Assembly (NCBI GenBank): GCA_013290045.1
Contig: JABCYU010000003.1
Span: forward strand, 1-44,410
From: Methanobacteriota archaeon
GTDB lineage: Archaea > Thermoplasmatota > Thermoplasmata > Lutacidiplasmatales > UBA184
DNA: 44,410 nt
Direction of reading: 5' to 3'
The notes under the pieces were generated by a model that worked only from the letters and a program-made list of their open reading frames with translations, made no database searches and was not told the DNA's origin. Every line of letters starts with the position of its first letter. Positions within the stretch are counted from its first letter, which is position 1. Position numbers and translations under genes: made by a program. Positions 20,569 through 29,649 of this stretch are shown here, one piece after another.

Positions 20569-20906
20569 CGAAGGCAGAGAAGTGCCCGGTCTGTGGGAAG
20601 GGTAGGCTGAAGCCGGCAATGGTCCATGAGGAGATGTTCGGGGTGGAGCTCGGGAACTACCCTGGGGAGGTGTGCTCCAATTGCGGGGAGACATTCCTCA
20701 CGACCGAAAGTATGCGGGCCATTGAAGTGCGCGCCAGGGAGTTGGGCCTCTGGGGTCTCGCCTCCAAGGTCAAGGTCGCAAGATCGGGCAATTCGCTCGT
20801 AGTTCGAATCCCGGCTCCCCTAGCCCAGTACTTGAGATTGAAGAAGGGCCAGGAAGTCATGGTCAGCCCTGAGAAGGAAAACCGGCTCGTGCTAGAACTC
20901 GCCTGA
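20562..20906 (+). CDS. YgiT/MqsA-type Zn finger plus AbrB/MazE domain antitoxin
   Basis: CPVCG...VCSNCGETF; KV.RSGNSLVVRIP..LA..L.LK.G.EV; overlaps the toxin gene. Confidence 0.85.
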   Translation: MVAKAEKCPVCGKGRLKPAMVHEEMFGVELGNYPGEVCSNCGETFLTTESMRAIEVRARELGLWGLASKVKVARSGNSLVVRIPAPLAQYLRLKKGQEVMVSPEKENRLVLELA

Positions 20907-20926
20907 GCCAACCCATCGGGGAGGTG

Positions 20927-20946
20927 GGTGCAAGGACAATTGCAAC
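20927..20946. repeat. Palindromic core site GGTGCAA-GGACAA-TTGCAAC
   Basis: 20 bp after the TA stop codon. Confidence 0.8.
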
Positions 20947-21339
20947 CCTCGGCGCAAGAGAAGCGGAATGTCCCTGCCTCCGCAGCGCAAGGTACCAGAA
21001 TTCGTGCAACGCTTGTTGGGCGGTTTGGAGAACTCATCTCGCGAGCTCCTGAAGGCACTTATCGAGACTCGGATCGCACCCGATCGCCGCGAGAAAGACT
21101 AGTCTCCCGGCGGCCCTTGCCCGCACAGTCATTGCGGTCACCCTCTTCAAGCGCTAGTCCTTTCGATCGCATGGGGTCGGTGAAGGGGAGTCAAGAGGAA
21201 GGGACCGAAACCATGCCAGCCCACCGTGTCACCTGCGTAGCTTCGAGATGGTGCCGGACCCTTTCGACTCCTAACGGACTAGAGTTCCATCCCAAGTCTC
21301 GGACCGCTTATCAGCCGCCAGCCTCTACGGTGACCCCCC

Positions 21340-21963
21340 ATGGAGCACCACGCCAGCGCAATTGAGATCCTCGAACGCGCACGCCAAACGTTGGCAGTTG
21401 CTGAGAAGGGCGTACAGGACCTCAGGGGAAAGGACCCGAGCCGGTGGTTACCCGGACTTCTGAACGTCGCCGTTTTCGGGCGAGCAGTAACCAATATTCT
21501 CCAGAATCTTAGGTCCGTAGACCAAAAGTTTGACCCATGGTATGCTCCGAAGGTACTCGAGATGCGGGCGGACAAGCTGCTCCGGTTCTTCTACGAGCTC
21601 CGAACTGAGGTGCTCAAGACGGCTAGACGCGTTCCTACCGCGCACAGAACCCATATCAAGCACCTTGAGCTCCCAAAAGACCTCGCGAGGATGGGACCGA
21701 AGCCTCCCGGAACGACCGGTTTCTTCATCGGAGATTCGGCGGGCGGCTCCGGATGGTTGGTGAGGCTGCCCAATGGAACGCAAGTGCCGTATTACGTGGA
21801 TCTCCCGGATGACATCGGGGTGGTCGACATGACTATTAGAGGCGCCCCCTTGCTGCATCTGGGACAACCTGTTTTGGATGATTCGGCCGCGTCGCTCTCC
21901 TCTTTGTATGTGAACTACCTCCGGAATCTCCTTGACGATGCAGACAAGGTGTTCGGGCATTGA
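21340..21963 (+). CDS. Hypothetical protein, possibly HEPN-like helical domain
   Basis: 207 aa; 'FGRAVT..LQ...F..WY...FF.ELR..VLK' pattern; no canonical RxxxxH. Confidence 0.7.
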   Translation: MEHHASAIEILERARQTLAVAEKGVQDLRGKDPSRWLPGLLNVAVFGRAVTNILQNLRSVDQKFDPWYAPKVLEMRADKLLRFFYELRTEVLKTARRVPTAHRTHIKHLELPKDLARMGPKPPGTTGFFIGDSAGGSGWLVRLPNGTQVPYYVDLPDDIGVVDMTIRGAPLLHLGQPVLDDSAASLSSLYVNYLRNLLDDADKVFGH

Positions 21964-22217
21964 TCCCTGACTCCGCATTCTTGATGGAGACGTTCAGTAC
22001 GACTCGGGATTGCCATGACCCTACCAACGACAGGACTACGAGCCACGAAGGGAACCAAGCCTGCCATGAAGACAGGATCAAGAGGAGTCGGAGTGTTTGG
22101 GTTTACCCCGAGCCTAAAGCGATCTCCATTCGAGCCTTACCCAGTGCATCGCCACTCAGCCAAGTCGCGGACTGCATGGAACGAATGCGCCCGACCTTGC
22201 CCGTCGCGGACTGAGCC

Positions 22218-22781
22218 ATGAAATCCCGTGCCAGCGGAACAATCGCGGTCGCGAGTCGACAAGTGGAACTGTTCGCCCGAGAGTGGAGCCTCCAGCCGCA
22301 TAGATGGTGGTACGAGAGAGATGTAGCGGCTGAGATTTCACGGAGAATCTCGGACGCGCTCGGGCCGCGGCGGAGTAAGGTTCCATTTGATGACTTGGAA
22401 ACCTATTCCGAACCTCATTGCAGTTGTGGTCATGCTGGACGCGTAAGGATCGATCACCCGATTTATGGATGGGACAAGGTACGATACCCGAAGCGACCCG
22501 ACATCGTGATTCACCCAGACGACCCCGAAGATCCTTACCCCTGGGTCTGTGAAATCAAGGTTGGATCAACGCCTCGAAAGGACTTGAACGGGGTAAGCGA
22601 TGAGGAGAAGGTCCTACGTCTTCTGGGTGGTCCCCGCCCCGTCGTCCTAGCGGGGACAGTCCTGGATATGCGGATTCCAACCCCACCCCGACTTAGGGGG
22701 TCGGTGTCCCGTTCGTTCTCCCTCGGGGGTCGTCTAACAAAGTACTTTGTAGAAGCAAGGCAGCCAAACCCAAATGTCTAG
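22218..22781 (+). CDS. Putative PD-(D/E)XK nuclease
   Basis: YERD helix, RPDIVI and CEIK motifs. Confidence 0.6.
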   Translation: MKSRASGTIAVASRQVELFAREWSLQPHRWWYERDVAAEISRRISDALGPRRSKVPFDDLETYSEPHCSCGHAGRVRIDHPIYGWDKVRYPKRPDIVIHPDDPEDPYPWVCEIKVGSTPRKDLNGVSDEEKVLRLLGGPRPVVLAGTVLDMRIPTPPRLRGSVSRSFSLGGRLTKYFVEARQPNPNV

Positions 22782-22862
22782 CTGGAGTTTCCTTAAAGAT
22801 TCCCTGGCCAGCAACCGAGCCATCAGGCACCTGCAGCTTGTTGGTCGGCGTCTCTCTTTGAA

Positions 22863-22925
22863 TGTGCATCGGAGGTTGCGCACACCATGCTTCGACCGAC
22901 GTCCACTTGCAACGCCACTTGCAGC
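22863..22925. repeat. Tandem core sites TGTGCAT-CGGAGG-TTGCGCA (22863-22882) and CTTGCAA-CGCCAC-TTGCAGC (22906-22925)
   Basis: Intergenic consensus variants 43 bp apart. Confidence 0.7.
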
Positions 22926-23292
22926 TTCCCCAGACCGAATTGGGGTCGGCGAGCTGGGTTCTGGGAGGGGGAACTCCATGAAAATTCAAACCCTCGGCCC
23001 GGTGACCCGGCGGTGTTGCCCGGCGTGATCGTTCCGGAATTCGTCGTACACGCGCCGCTTCGCACGATCTGACCCGGCTTGAAGCCGATGCCTGGACCGC
23101 CGGCGGCTGTTAAACCTCTCGCGTCGAGGTAAGTCGCCGCCTGCGCCCCCATCGCCCTTGGCAACGAACGGGTTTCTCGCTCTGCCGGACAAGGCTCGTT
23201 GTCTTTGTTGATTGTCCCTCGGGAACCCTGCGTGGGCGTCACATCTTGGATCGTCGGCAAAGTCTAAGACTGAACTGAGACTGCCGGTCCCG

Positions 23293-24003
23293 ATGCGAGT
23301 TGAAGAGTTCTTCCGGGCACTGATTCCGCAAACAGCCCCGATCAACATGGGGTTCTACAATTGCTCGAAGGACCCGAGCGTCCCGAAAACGGCGGCATTG
23401 CTAAGGGAATCCGATCTCGACTGCCTTGTTCTCTGTGGTGGTAGGATGGCGGAAATGTACCCCAGGGTCATGGAGGGCCTTGGCAGCCGACCACGGTTCC
23501 CGGTCTTCACCTTTCTCTCAGACATCGACTCAGTCGTCGCGGGTAGCGACGGCATTTTGTTCGGCTACGTTCTCAATCAGTACCCGCAGGTAATCACCCC
23601 CATACACGCGGCGGCGGCTCTTAGTGTCCGGGACAAAGGGGTGAGTCATGTTGGCGTAGCATGCTTGGAGGTCGAGCCATGCCGGGCGACTCTGGGGGGC
23701 TGGCCCCGATCACAACACGTGATTTCTATGCGGGACATCGACGAAGCGGTCCGACTCTCCTCGGTGGCCCGCCTCGCAAGGAACCTTCTGATGGTCATCG
23801 ACCCGGGGGTGGATTCTGTGGCCGAACCCTCGCTAGTCAAGGCGATTTCTTCGATAGCCCGCTTGCCGTTGATCGTCACCGGCGGCAGACGACTCGGGAG
23901 TCAACAATCTGAGGACCTCGTTGGCGCAGGCGCGCGGGGGATAGCTCGCTATTTCGAGAATTCGGAGGACATCCGTGAATATGTCGAAGGGCGGGTCAGA
24001 TGA
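23293..24003 (+). CDS. Divergent geranylgeranylglyceryl-phosphate synthase (GGGPS/PcrB)-like TIM barrel
   Basis: Colinear with group II GGGPS (M.VEE, D...LCGG, PV..F, D.ILF..VLN, LEVEP, PLIVTGG, V.AGA, ENS..IRE.VEG), but canonical DPDK, YLEAGSG and VTGT motifs are altered. Confidence 0.75.
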   Translation: MRVEEFFRALIPQTAPINMGFYNCSKDPSVPKTAALLRESDLDCLVLCGGRMAEMYPRVMEGLGSRPRFPVFTFLSDIDSVVAGSDGILFGYVLNQYPQVITPIHAAAALSVRDKGVSHVGVACLEVEPCRATLGGWPRSQHVISMRDIDEAVRLSSVARLARNLLMVIDPGVDSVAEPSLVKAISSIARLPLIVTGGRRLGSQQSEDLVGAGARGIARYFENSEDIREYVEGRVR

Positions 24004-24862
24004 ACCTACCGACAATGAAGGCGATGAGCGCAATCAGCATCCCGTACTTCATTAGCGACTCGGGGCGTCGCGGAGTTCCCTGGAAGAGTACGATGACTGA
24101 GTAGAGAAAAATCGCGTCCGCGACAGCGACGATTTCGAGATAGGTGATGCTAACGATTCCGGACAGAAAGAAAGGGATCGGACTTAGCAAGACGGCACCC
24201 AAGACCATCGACGCAGAAATCCCTCGAGCAAAGGGAAGGCCGTATGTCCGCGGAATCGTCTTGCGGTCGACATCTCCCTCGACGTCGCTTATATCCTTCG
24301 CGACCTCGCGTCCTAGTATCGAGAGGAATGAAAGCGTGGAGAAGAAAAGAACCGGAGTAAGATTGCCAACGATCGAACCACCGAATAAGAACAGAAGACC
24401 GGTCTGGCCGGCGATTACAACATTGCCGACAGACTTCAGTTTCTTCGCGGCAAACTCGTAGCACATCTGAATTGCTATGGCCAGGATTACGATCGCGAGT
24501 GCAACGCGAGGTAGGAAGATCGCGCCAGCGATGGCGATTGCAAATAGGGAGATCGCAATCGCGAGCGCGACTCGCGGACTCAGTGCCCCTCTGGGAAGGG
24601 TTCTATCCGGTCGATTGATTCGGTCAACCTCTATGTCCAGGTAGTCATTCAGCGTATTCCCTGCGCCAACGCTGCAGAAGACAACCAGGAAGCATAGGCA
24701 GACGTCGAGTAGGATGCTCGTGGTAACCTTCCTGCCCGCCGCTACGATTAAGCCCGCTACTCCCCCGAGCCCGGCTAACCCCGCGGTGCTCAGTCGAACG
24801 AGAGCCGTGCCAGCGTGCAGCTTCGAACCGAAAGAGGGGCGCTTCTCATCAATACCCGTCAT
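23996..24862 (-). CDS. UbiA-family prenyltransferase, DGGGP-synthase-like
   Basis: GNTLNDYLDIEVDRINRPDRTLPRG and REVAKDISDVEGD Asp-rich motifs; about 8-9 TM segments. Confidence 0.93.
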   Translation of the reverse strand: MTGIDEKRPSFGSKLHAGTALVRLSTAGLAGLGGVAGLIVAAGRKVTTSILLDVCLCFLVVFCSVGAGNTLNDYLDIEVDRINRPDRTLPRGALSPRVALAIAISLFAIAIAGAIFLPRVALAIVILAIAIQMCYEFAAKKLKSVGNVVIAGQTGLLFLFGGSIVGNLTPVLFFSTLSFLSILGREVAKDISDVEGDVDRKTIPRTYGLPFARGISASMVLGAVLLSPIPFFLSGIVSITYLEIVAVADAIFLYSVIVLFQGTPRRPESLMKYGMLIALIAFIVGRFI

Positions 24863-24867
24863 ACGAA

Positions 24868-25755
24868 CTAAAATTCGTACACTTCGGGGCCTGTGGGACT
24901 GAACAGTACCACTCGCTTCGTGGGGTTGCGCCGAAGTCTCCGTCGAGTGAATTCCAAGGCCACCTCCCGAGCGGAGCGGATGCGCACTTTGGCATCTCCC
25001 TTGTAGTCCATGGAGTAGTGAGTCCCCTCGTTGGCGACCTTGCTCCGCAGTGCCAAAGTCACGAGCCAGACCAGTTGTTCGTCTGTCCAGTTCTGGCTGG
25101 AAGAACCGTTCTGGACGTAGACGAACGTGTTATCGTCGAGTTTGTCGAAAAGCCACATGTCACCATTTACGTAACCCTTAGTGTGTCGGACGATGACGTT
25201 GGCTTGTGGAAGCGCATGTTTGGTGGGATGATATGCGTCCCAGCGTGTCGAGTAGTTCATCAAGAAAAATACCGTCAACTTGGAGGCCCTAGGAACCGAA
25301 GTCAAGGTTTCGAGGCTTCGAAGTTCTCGCTGCAGGTCGAGTGCCCGAGAGCCCTTCGGGTCTAGACTTTCTTCGTGATTACCGATGAATCTCAGAGCGA
25401 CGCCGTGGTCGGTCGCATAAGAGCCGTAGATTCCCAGGAGCTTCGTCAATCCTTGGTATATGTCATGGTAGTTGGACCGGAGCTTGTGTCTAGTGTGGAT
25501 GACGTTCACGTAAAGATTTCTGACCCCAAGCTGTCGAAGAATCTCAATCAACCTGACACAGAAGATACCTCCGTCGACGTAGGCATCGGCCCCTTTGAGC
25601 AGAGATGATGTTCGGGTCCCGTCAGTCATCTCGTAGATGACTAGCTCTTGAACCCGGGCCATAGGATCATCGATCCTGAGGCGGGACGCGGCCTCAAGGA
25701 ACTGCCGGCGTGTGGCCGACTCTACCGGTAGGGCAACCGATTCCTTGCCTGGCAT
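24868..25755 (-). CDS. Divergent cis-prenyltransferase (UppS-fold) protein
   Basis: DGTRT (cf. DGNRR), LGVRNLYV, VALRFIG, FLMNYSTR (cf. LNYGGR), LPQANVIVRH (cf. PDLLIRT); ATG at 25755 preferred to 26193; ends 5 bp before the UbiA start. Confidence 0.75.
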   Translation of the reverse strand: MPGKESVALPVESATRRQFLEAASRLRIDDPMARVQELVIYEMTDGTRTSSLLKGADAYVDGGIFCVRLIEILRQLGVRNLYVNVIHTRHKLRSNYHDIYQGLTKLLGIYGSYATDHGVALRFIGNHEESLDPKGSRALDLQRELRSLETLTSVPRASKLTVFFLMNYSTRWDAYHPTKHALPQANVIVRHTKGYVNGDMWLFDKLDDNTFVYVQNGSSSQNWTDEQLVWLVTLALRSKVANEGTHYSMDYKGDAKVRIRSAREVALEFTRRRLRRNPTKRVVLFSPTGPEVYEF

Positions 25756-26303
25756 CCCGTTCCTGCCTCGGAGCGTTCCTTGTATATGGCCTCGCCAGTC
25801 GGAAGTCTGCCTTCCGCCCCGGGGTATCACGGTAAGTCGCGAGGAAATGCTTCTCCTCTCTAAGCTCTCGCGCCGACCGAGTTTTAGCCCCCGTTCCCTT
25901 GCCGAGGGAGCTAGTCCGCGGTGTCCGCAAGATCGCGCACAAGACCTGAATCCGACCACGCCCTCATCAGCGGAAACTCTCGATTCCAGGACGCGCGTCG
26001 TGTCATGGAGTTCCTCGAATACTCCGCTCGCCGGGCCGTTCGAGTTCTCGGGCCCTGGCGGTGTCGGACTCAATCTCAAATACCAGGAGCATGTTCCGGC
26101 TTCGCATCCAACCCGATTTCCGGAGAGCCAACGGCAGGTCAGAGAAGCATTGAACTTCGTAGCGACTGCGGACGAGTTGACCGCACCCAGCATCCGGTAT
26201 ACATCGATTTGATTCTACCCCTATCCGACCGCTGTTCTGGTGGGTACCTGGGAGACCAGAGTACGACGGTGCCGGGGCCGGTAGCTCTGAGGAAGAGGGA
26301 AAA

Positions 26304-27242
26304 GTGAACCCGGCCGCGGGAGTATCGTCGAAACCGCTCCGAGGGATCCTGAAGGCATTACTGGTGAGGAGCTGGACGACTCCGATCAAGGACCCGGAGG
26401 GGCTCGGCATCGCGAAGGTAGCCGACGGCATTACGCTCGCTGTGGTGGGGATTTCCGCGGCGCTCCTTGGTAGCTTCGAGTACACCCAAGCTCCCCACTA
26501 CCCTGTCTGGTTCCTCCATTGGGCTTTGTTCGAGCCGCAGAGTGCGGGGTGGTACGCCGCAATCGCCATCCTCGGGACCCTGACACTCGCCATTTTCTAC
26601 AAGGCATGGAAGTACTATTCAGGGGCGCCAAATCAGGGCTCCAAGGATGGAATCTTCAAAACCGAGATTCTTCAGGCGAATGCGCTGGAAGTGATCATCG
26701 ACGCCGTCATCGCCGCCCTAGGGGGTCTTCTAATCTCTCTGGCCATCTTCGTCCTTCCAGTAGCGTGGTTCGTCTGCTTCGCCGTATACTCATTCTTTGT
26801 TCTCCTGAGATCGGTGGTCACTCTGATTCGCCCCCGACTCGCTCGTCACCATTATCGCAATGAGATCGACACTGATGTTCTTCAGCGTGTGTGGATTGAT
26901 AGTGTAACACGCGGGGTGTATCCGCCTCGGCGACCTGGAGATACCAAACCACCCATAGAGATTCGCTACATCTTCTCGGGGTGGGTCGTTTCGCATGCCA
27001 TTTGGGCGGGGTATGGGGCCGCCGCTGCTGCCGTCCTCTGGTTTGTCCGAATACCCGAACTGTGGTCAATCGCGACCCTCTACGTGTTACTGGTGGTGCT
27101 AATCGCGGGCCAGTTTGGTCTCTCGGAAACCTCGACGCGGTGGGGAATGAAGCTATGCCACAGCGACTCGTGGAATTCCAGATTTGGACTCGAAACTTCG
27201 GATTCGGTCGCGACCATCGCGTTCCAAGAAGGTATTGGTTGA
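26304..27242 (+). CDS. Multi-pass membrane protein of unknown function
   Basis: 312 aa with about 6 hydrophobic helices. Confidence 0.75.
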   Translation: MNPAAGVSSKPLRGILKALLVRSWTTPIKDPEGLGIAKVADGITLAVVGISAALLGSFEYTQAPHYPVWFLHWALFEPQSAGWYAAIAILGTLTLAIFYKAWKYYSGAPNQGSKDGIFKTEILQANALEVIIDAVIAALGGLLISLAIFVLPVAWFVCFAVYSFFVLLRSVVTLIRPRLARHHYRNEIDTDVLQRVWIDSVTRGVYPPRRPGDTKPPIEIRYIFSGWVVSHAIWAGYGAAAAAVLWFVRIPELWSIATLYVLLVVLIAGQFGLSETSTRWGMKLCHSDSWNSRFGLETSDSVATIAFQEGIG

Positions 27243-27579
27243 TCTAATCTCGCCTGTGTTTTGGGCCGCAGCAGATGTTCCCAGCATCATGCCTCGAGGT
27301 AGACCATCAACCTTTGACAACCCGATGATTTTGCATCTAGTGGTTACACTCCACCAGGTATCCCGCCAGACCTTTGGCAAGGTGATGCTGCTAGTCGAGG
27401 CCCCGAAGCAGTACGACCCCTCAGGCGGGGTTCGAGGGATACCGCGTGGATTTGCGGGCACACCATTGTCAGACATTCCCGCTGCCCTTTCCTCCCTCTT
27501 GCCTCGAACCCACTGGAGGGACTCAGCTCTCGCGATGAGGCATGTGGGACTAGGAGTCGACGGCGTGGAGGGGAATCCC

Positions 27580-27599
27580 GGTGCAGTCGTCCTTGCACA
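27580..27599. repeat. Palindromic core site GGTGCAG-TCGTCC-TTGCACA
   Basis: Intergenic consensus variant. Confidence 0.7.
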
Positions 27600-27740
27600 T
27601 TCGAGCGGAGCGTGAACCCGCCGAGGCTTCATCTTCGCCCTCGAGATTCGACCGTTCGTTCGAATCTCATCAGGCGCGCGGCGAGCTCCCACGATTGCAG
27701 CACCGAACGGAGTCGGTCATCGATCATCGGGGCTGAGGAG

Positions 27741-27760
27741 GGCGCAATCACGCTTGCAAA
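27741..27760. repeat. Palindromic core site GGCGCAA-TCACGC-TTGCAAA
   Basis: Intergenic consensus variant. Confidence 0.7.
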
Positions 27761-27883
27761 CACGATGGCCCTCTTTGCCTCGATTGCCTTCGACCCGTTC
27801 TGGAGAACGCAAGCACCCTTCGGAGACCTAAAGCCTGCCGGCGATTGCTCCGGTAATCGGGTCGACACCCCGCCTACCGTAGA

Positions 27884-28807
27884 ATGGATACGACAGCGCT
27901 AGACAGCTCGAAATCTAGGCTACGCTCGCTTCGCCTCGAAGCCGAGTCGATACTCGCGTTGCTTGCCGGTCAACCGAGCTCCTCCGACACCAGAACCACG
28001 GCCTCCGACCTCGTCGCGTCAGAGTTGGGCGGGGCCTTCACTGATTATCTGTTCGGCACGCGACGCCTGGGCAGAATTGTGGGGAGGAAGTTTTCCCAAC
28101 AGAGTCGGAGGAACCAACGGGCCCAGTTGGAGAGCTCCGCCAGCTCCAGGATATCGAGTGTTCTCGCACAACTCGAGAATGAGGTTATCGCCGTCAAGGG
28201 CGAAATCGACGCTCGCACCTTCCGATCGGTTCGTTCGGCGATAGGCAGGGCGAGGACTCTTTCCAAGGCGAGCTCGGCCGCGCGTGCATGCCTACGAATC
28301 GTTGGCCACTTGGAACAGGCTAAGCCGCAGGCGAGAAGGGCGCCGAAACCGCCGTTTAAGAGATCCGAACGTGTCAGCTCGCTGGGCCGCTTTGATCTCA
28401 GGGCGTTCGAGCAGGAATTGAGGCAGTTTATCGCTGGTCAATTGTCGGCGAGACTTCCGGATTGGTGGGAGAAAAGGATTCCTCAACTAGCAAGGGAACA
28501 GGCGGAGCGTAGGATGCGACAACGCGACAGGACTTGGCCTTGGTCCAAGAACAATGATCACGCGCCCATTCACTTCGTTGACTTCAAGGACTACGCTGGG
28601 ATCATCACCGAAGACAGGAATTGGGAGGAGATATTCAAGCCATACTTTGGGGACAAGGAGGTGATTCGCGTCAAACTTCGAGAGCTCGAACCTATTCGCA
28701 TCGACCTCGCGCATGCAAGGGACTTGTCACGAACCGACGAAGTCAAGTTACGCCTTTACGTCGGCGAGATAACTCAGATGATCCGGGGAGGTGCCCCGCC
28801 GAGCTAG
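27884..28807 (+). CDS. Swt1-like HEPN domain protein (putative RNase)
   Basis: FEQELRQFI...WW..RIP...DF.DY..II...NW..IF...F...L.ELEPIRIDLAH (RxxxxH). Confidence 0.85.
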   Translation: MDTTALDSSKSRLRSLRLEAESILALLAGQPSSSDTRTTASDLVASELGGAFTDYLFGTRRLGRIVGRKFSQQSRRNQRAQLESSASSRISSVLAQLENEVIAVKGEIDARTFRSVRSAIGRARTLSKASSAARACLRIVGHLEQAKPQARRAPKPPFKRSERVSSLGRFDLRAFEQELRQFIAGQLSARLPDWWEKRIPQLAREQAERRMRQRDRTWPWSKNNDHAPIHFVDFKDYAGIITEDRNWEEIFKPYFGDKEVIRVKLRELEPIRIDLAHARDLSRTDEVKLRLYVGEITQMIRGGAPPS

Positions 28808-28834
28808 CCTTTCGACCGCGTCCGAGGGCGGCGA

Positions 28835-28896
28835 GTTGTAATCGGGCTTGCATCGGCCCTATCGGTCAGTCCCCAATGTGCAACCAGACTTGCACC
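28835..28896. repeat. Tandem core sites GTTGTAA-TCGGGC-TTGCATC (28835-28854) and TGTGCAA-CCAGAC-TTGCACC (28877-28896)
   Basis: Between convergent genes, 42 bp apart. Confidence 0.75.
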
Positions 28897-29223
28897 CACC
28901 TGGATCCTTACGGGCCCTTCGGGTGGTGGTAAGAGGTCGCCTTGCACTTTCGCCTCGACCAACCCCCCCCGGGCCCCGCCCAAGGGTCGCAGGAGAACAG
29001 AGTACTGGGGCCGGGAAGGTCTCGCCTGTTGGCTCGAGCCCGACTCCACTGAAACCCCAGAGATCGGGTCAGGAACAGGCGCGAGCAGACGAGCCGGAAC
29101 CGAGGGCCGACCTGAATCGTGGGTGGCCGGGGCGGCTAAACCGGACGAGTTCAAGTCCGCCTGAACCTTCTGACGAGGGGCATCGAGATGACGACGGTTC
29201 CCAGCTGGCTGCTGCCGTGGGAG

Positions 29224-29649
29224 CTAAACCGGGCATCTCATGTCGAATCTCCGGCAGAGGTCGCGAAGCCCTCCCGCCCACATCTCCGCCTTCTGCGCAG
29301 CGGCTGACTTGAAGTCGGCGTCTATTGGGACCCGATCTATCAAATGCGTGTTCCTTGCCCGCTCCTTCCCATCGAGCCGCTGGTGTCGCCTCACGCTACT
29401 TTCTAGCATCGGGACCAGAGCTTCCGCCTGACGTTGATCGAGGTTGAAAACGTCGTCGTACCTGGCAAAGCCACGCGTGGAAACGTTCGGGAAGTATTCG
29501 GCGGTGAAGTCCGAGTCATCATGGCAGTAGTACTGTAGGGCTTGGCGAATGACTCCCGCGGTGATCGGAGTGAGCAGACGGCCCCTGGGGGTCGGATCCA
29601 TGGGTTCAGATGCAGGCGCAGGCCCGACGGACGGCTTCCCAGCGCTCAT
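29224..29649 (-). CDS. Hypothetical protein translationally coupled to the upstream RHH protein
   Basis: ATGA overlap at 29646-29649; protein-like composition. Confidence 0.65.
   Translation of the reverse strand: MSAGKPSVGPAPASEPMDPTPRGRLLTPITAGVIRQALQYYCHDDSDFTAEYFPNVSTRGFARYDDVFNLDQRQAEALVPMLESSVRRHQRLDGKERARNTHLIDRVPIDADFKSAAAQKAEMWAGGLRDLCRRFDMRCPV

Noticed and set aside
20802-20829. GTTCGAATCCCGGCTCCCCTAGCCCA resembles a tRNA 3' end (possible att site)
   Set aside because: No pairing T-stem 5' arm, and it encodes the conserved AbrB 'VRIPAPLA' motif
25756-26193. 146-aa N-terminal extension of the cis-prenyltransferase ORF
   Set aside because: Composition is not protein-like; an ATG at 25755 with an upstream AT-rich box fits better
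27250-27880. Short ORFs 27184-27615 and 27612-27902
   Set aside because: No motifs, and they overlap two palindromic sites; treated as non-coding
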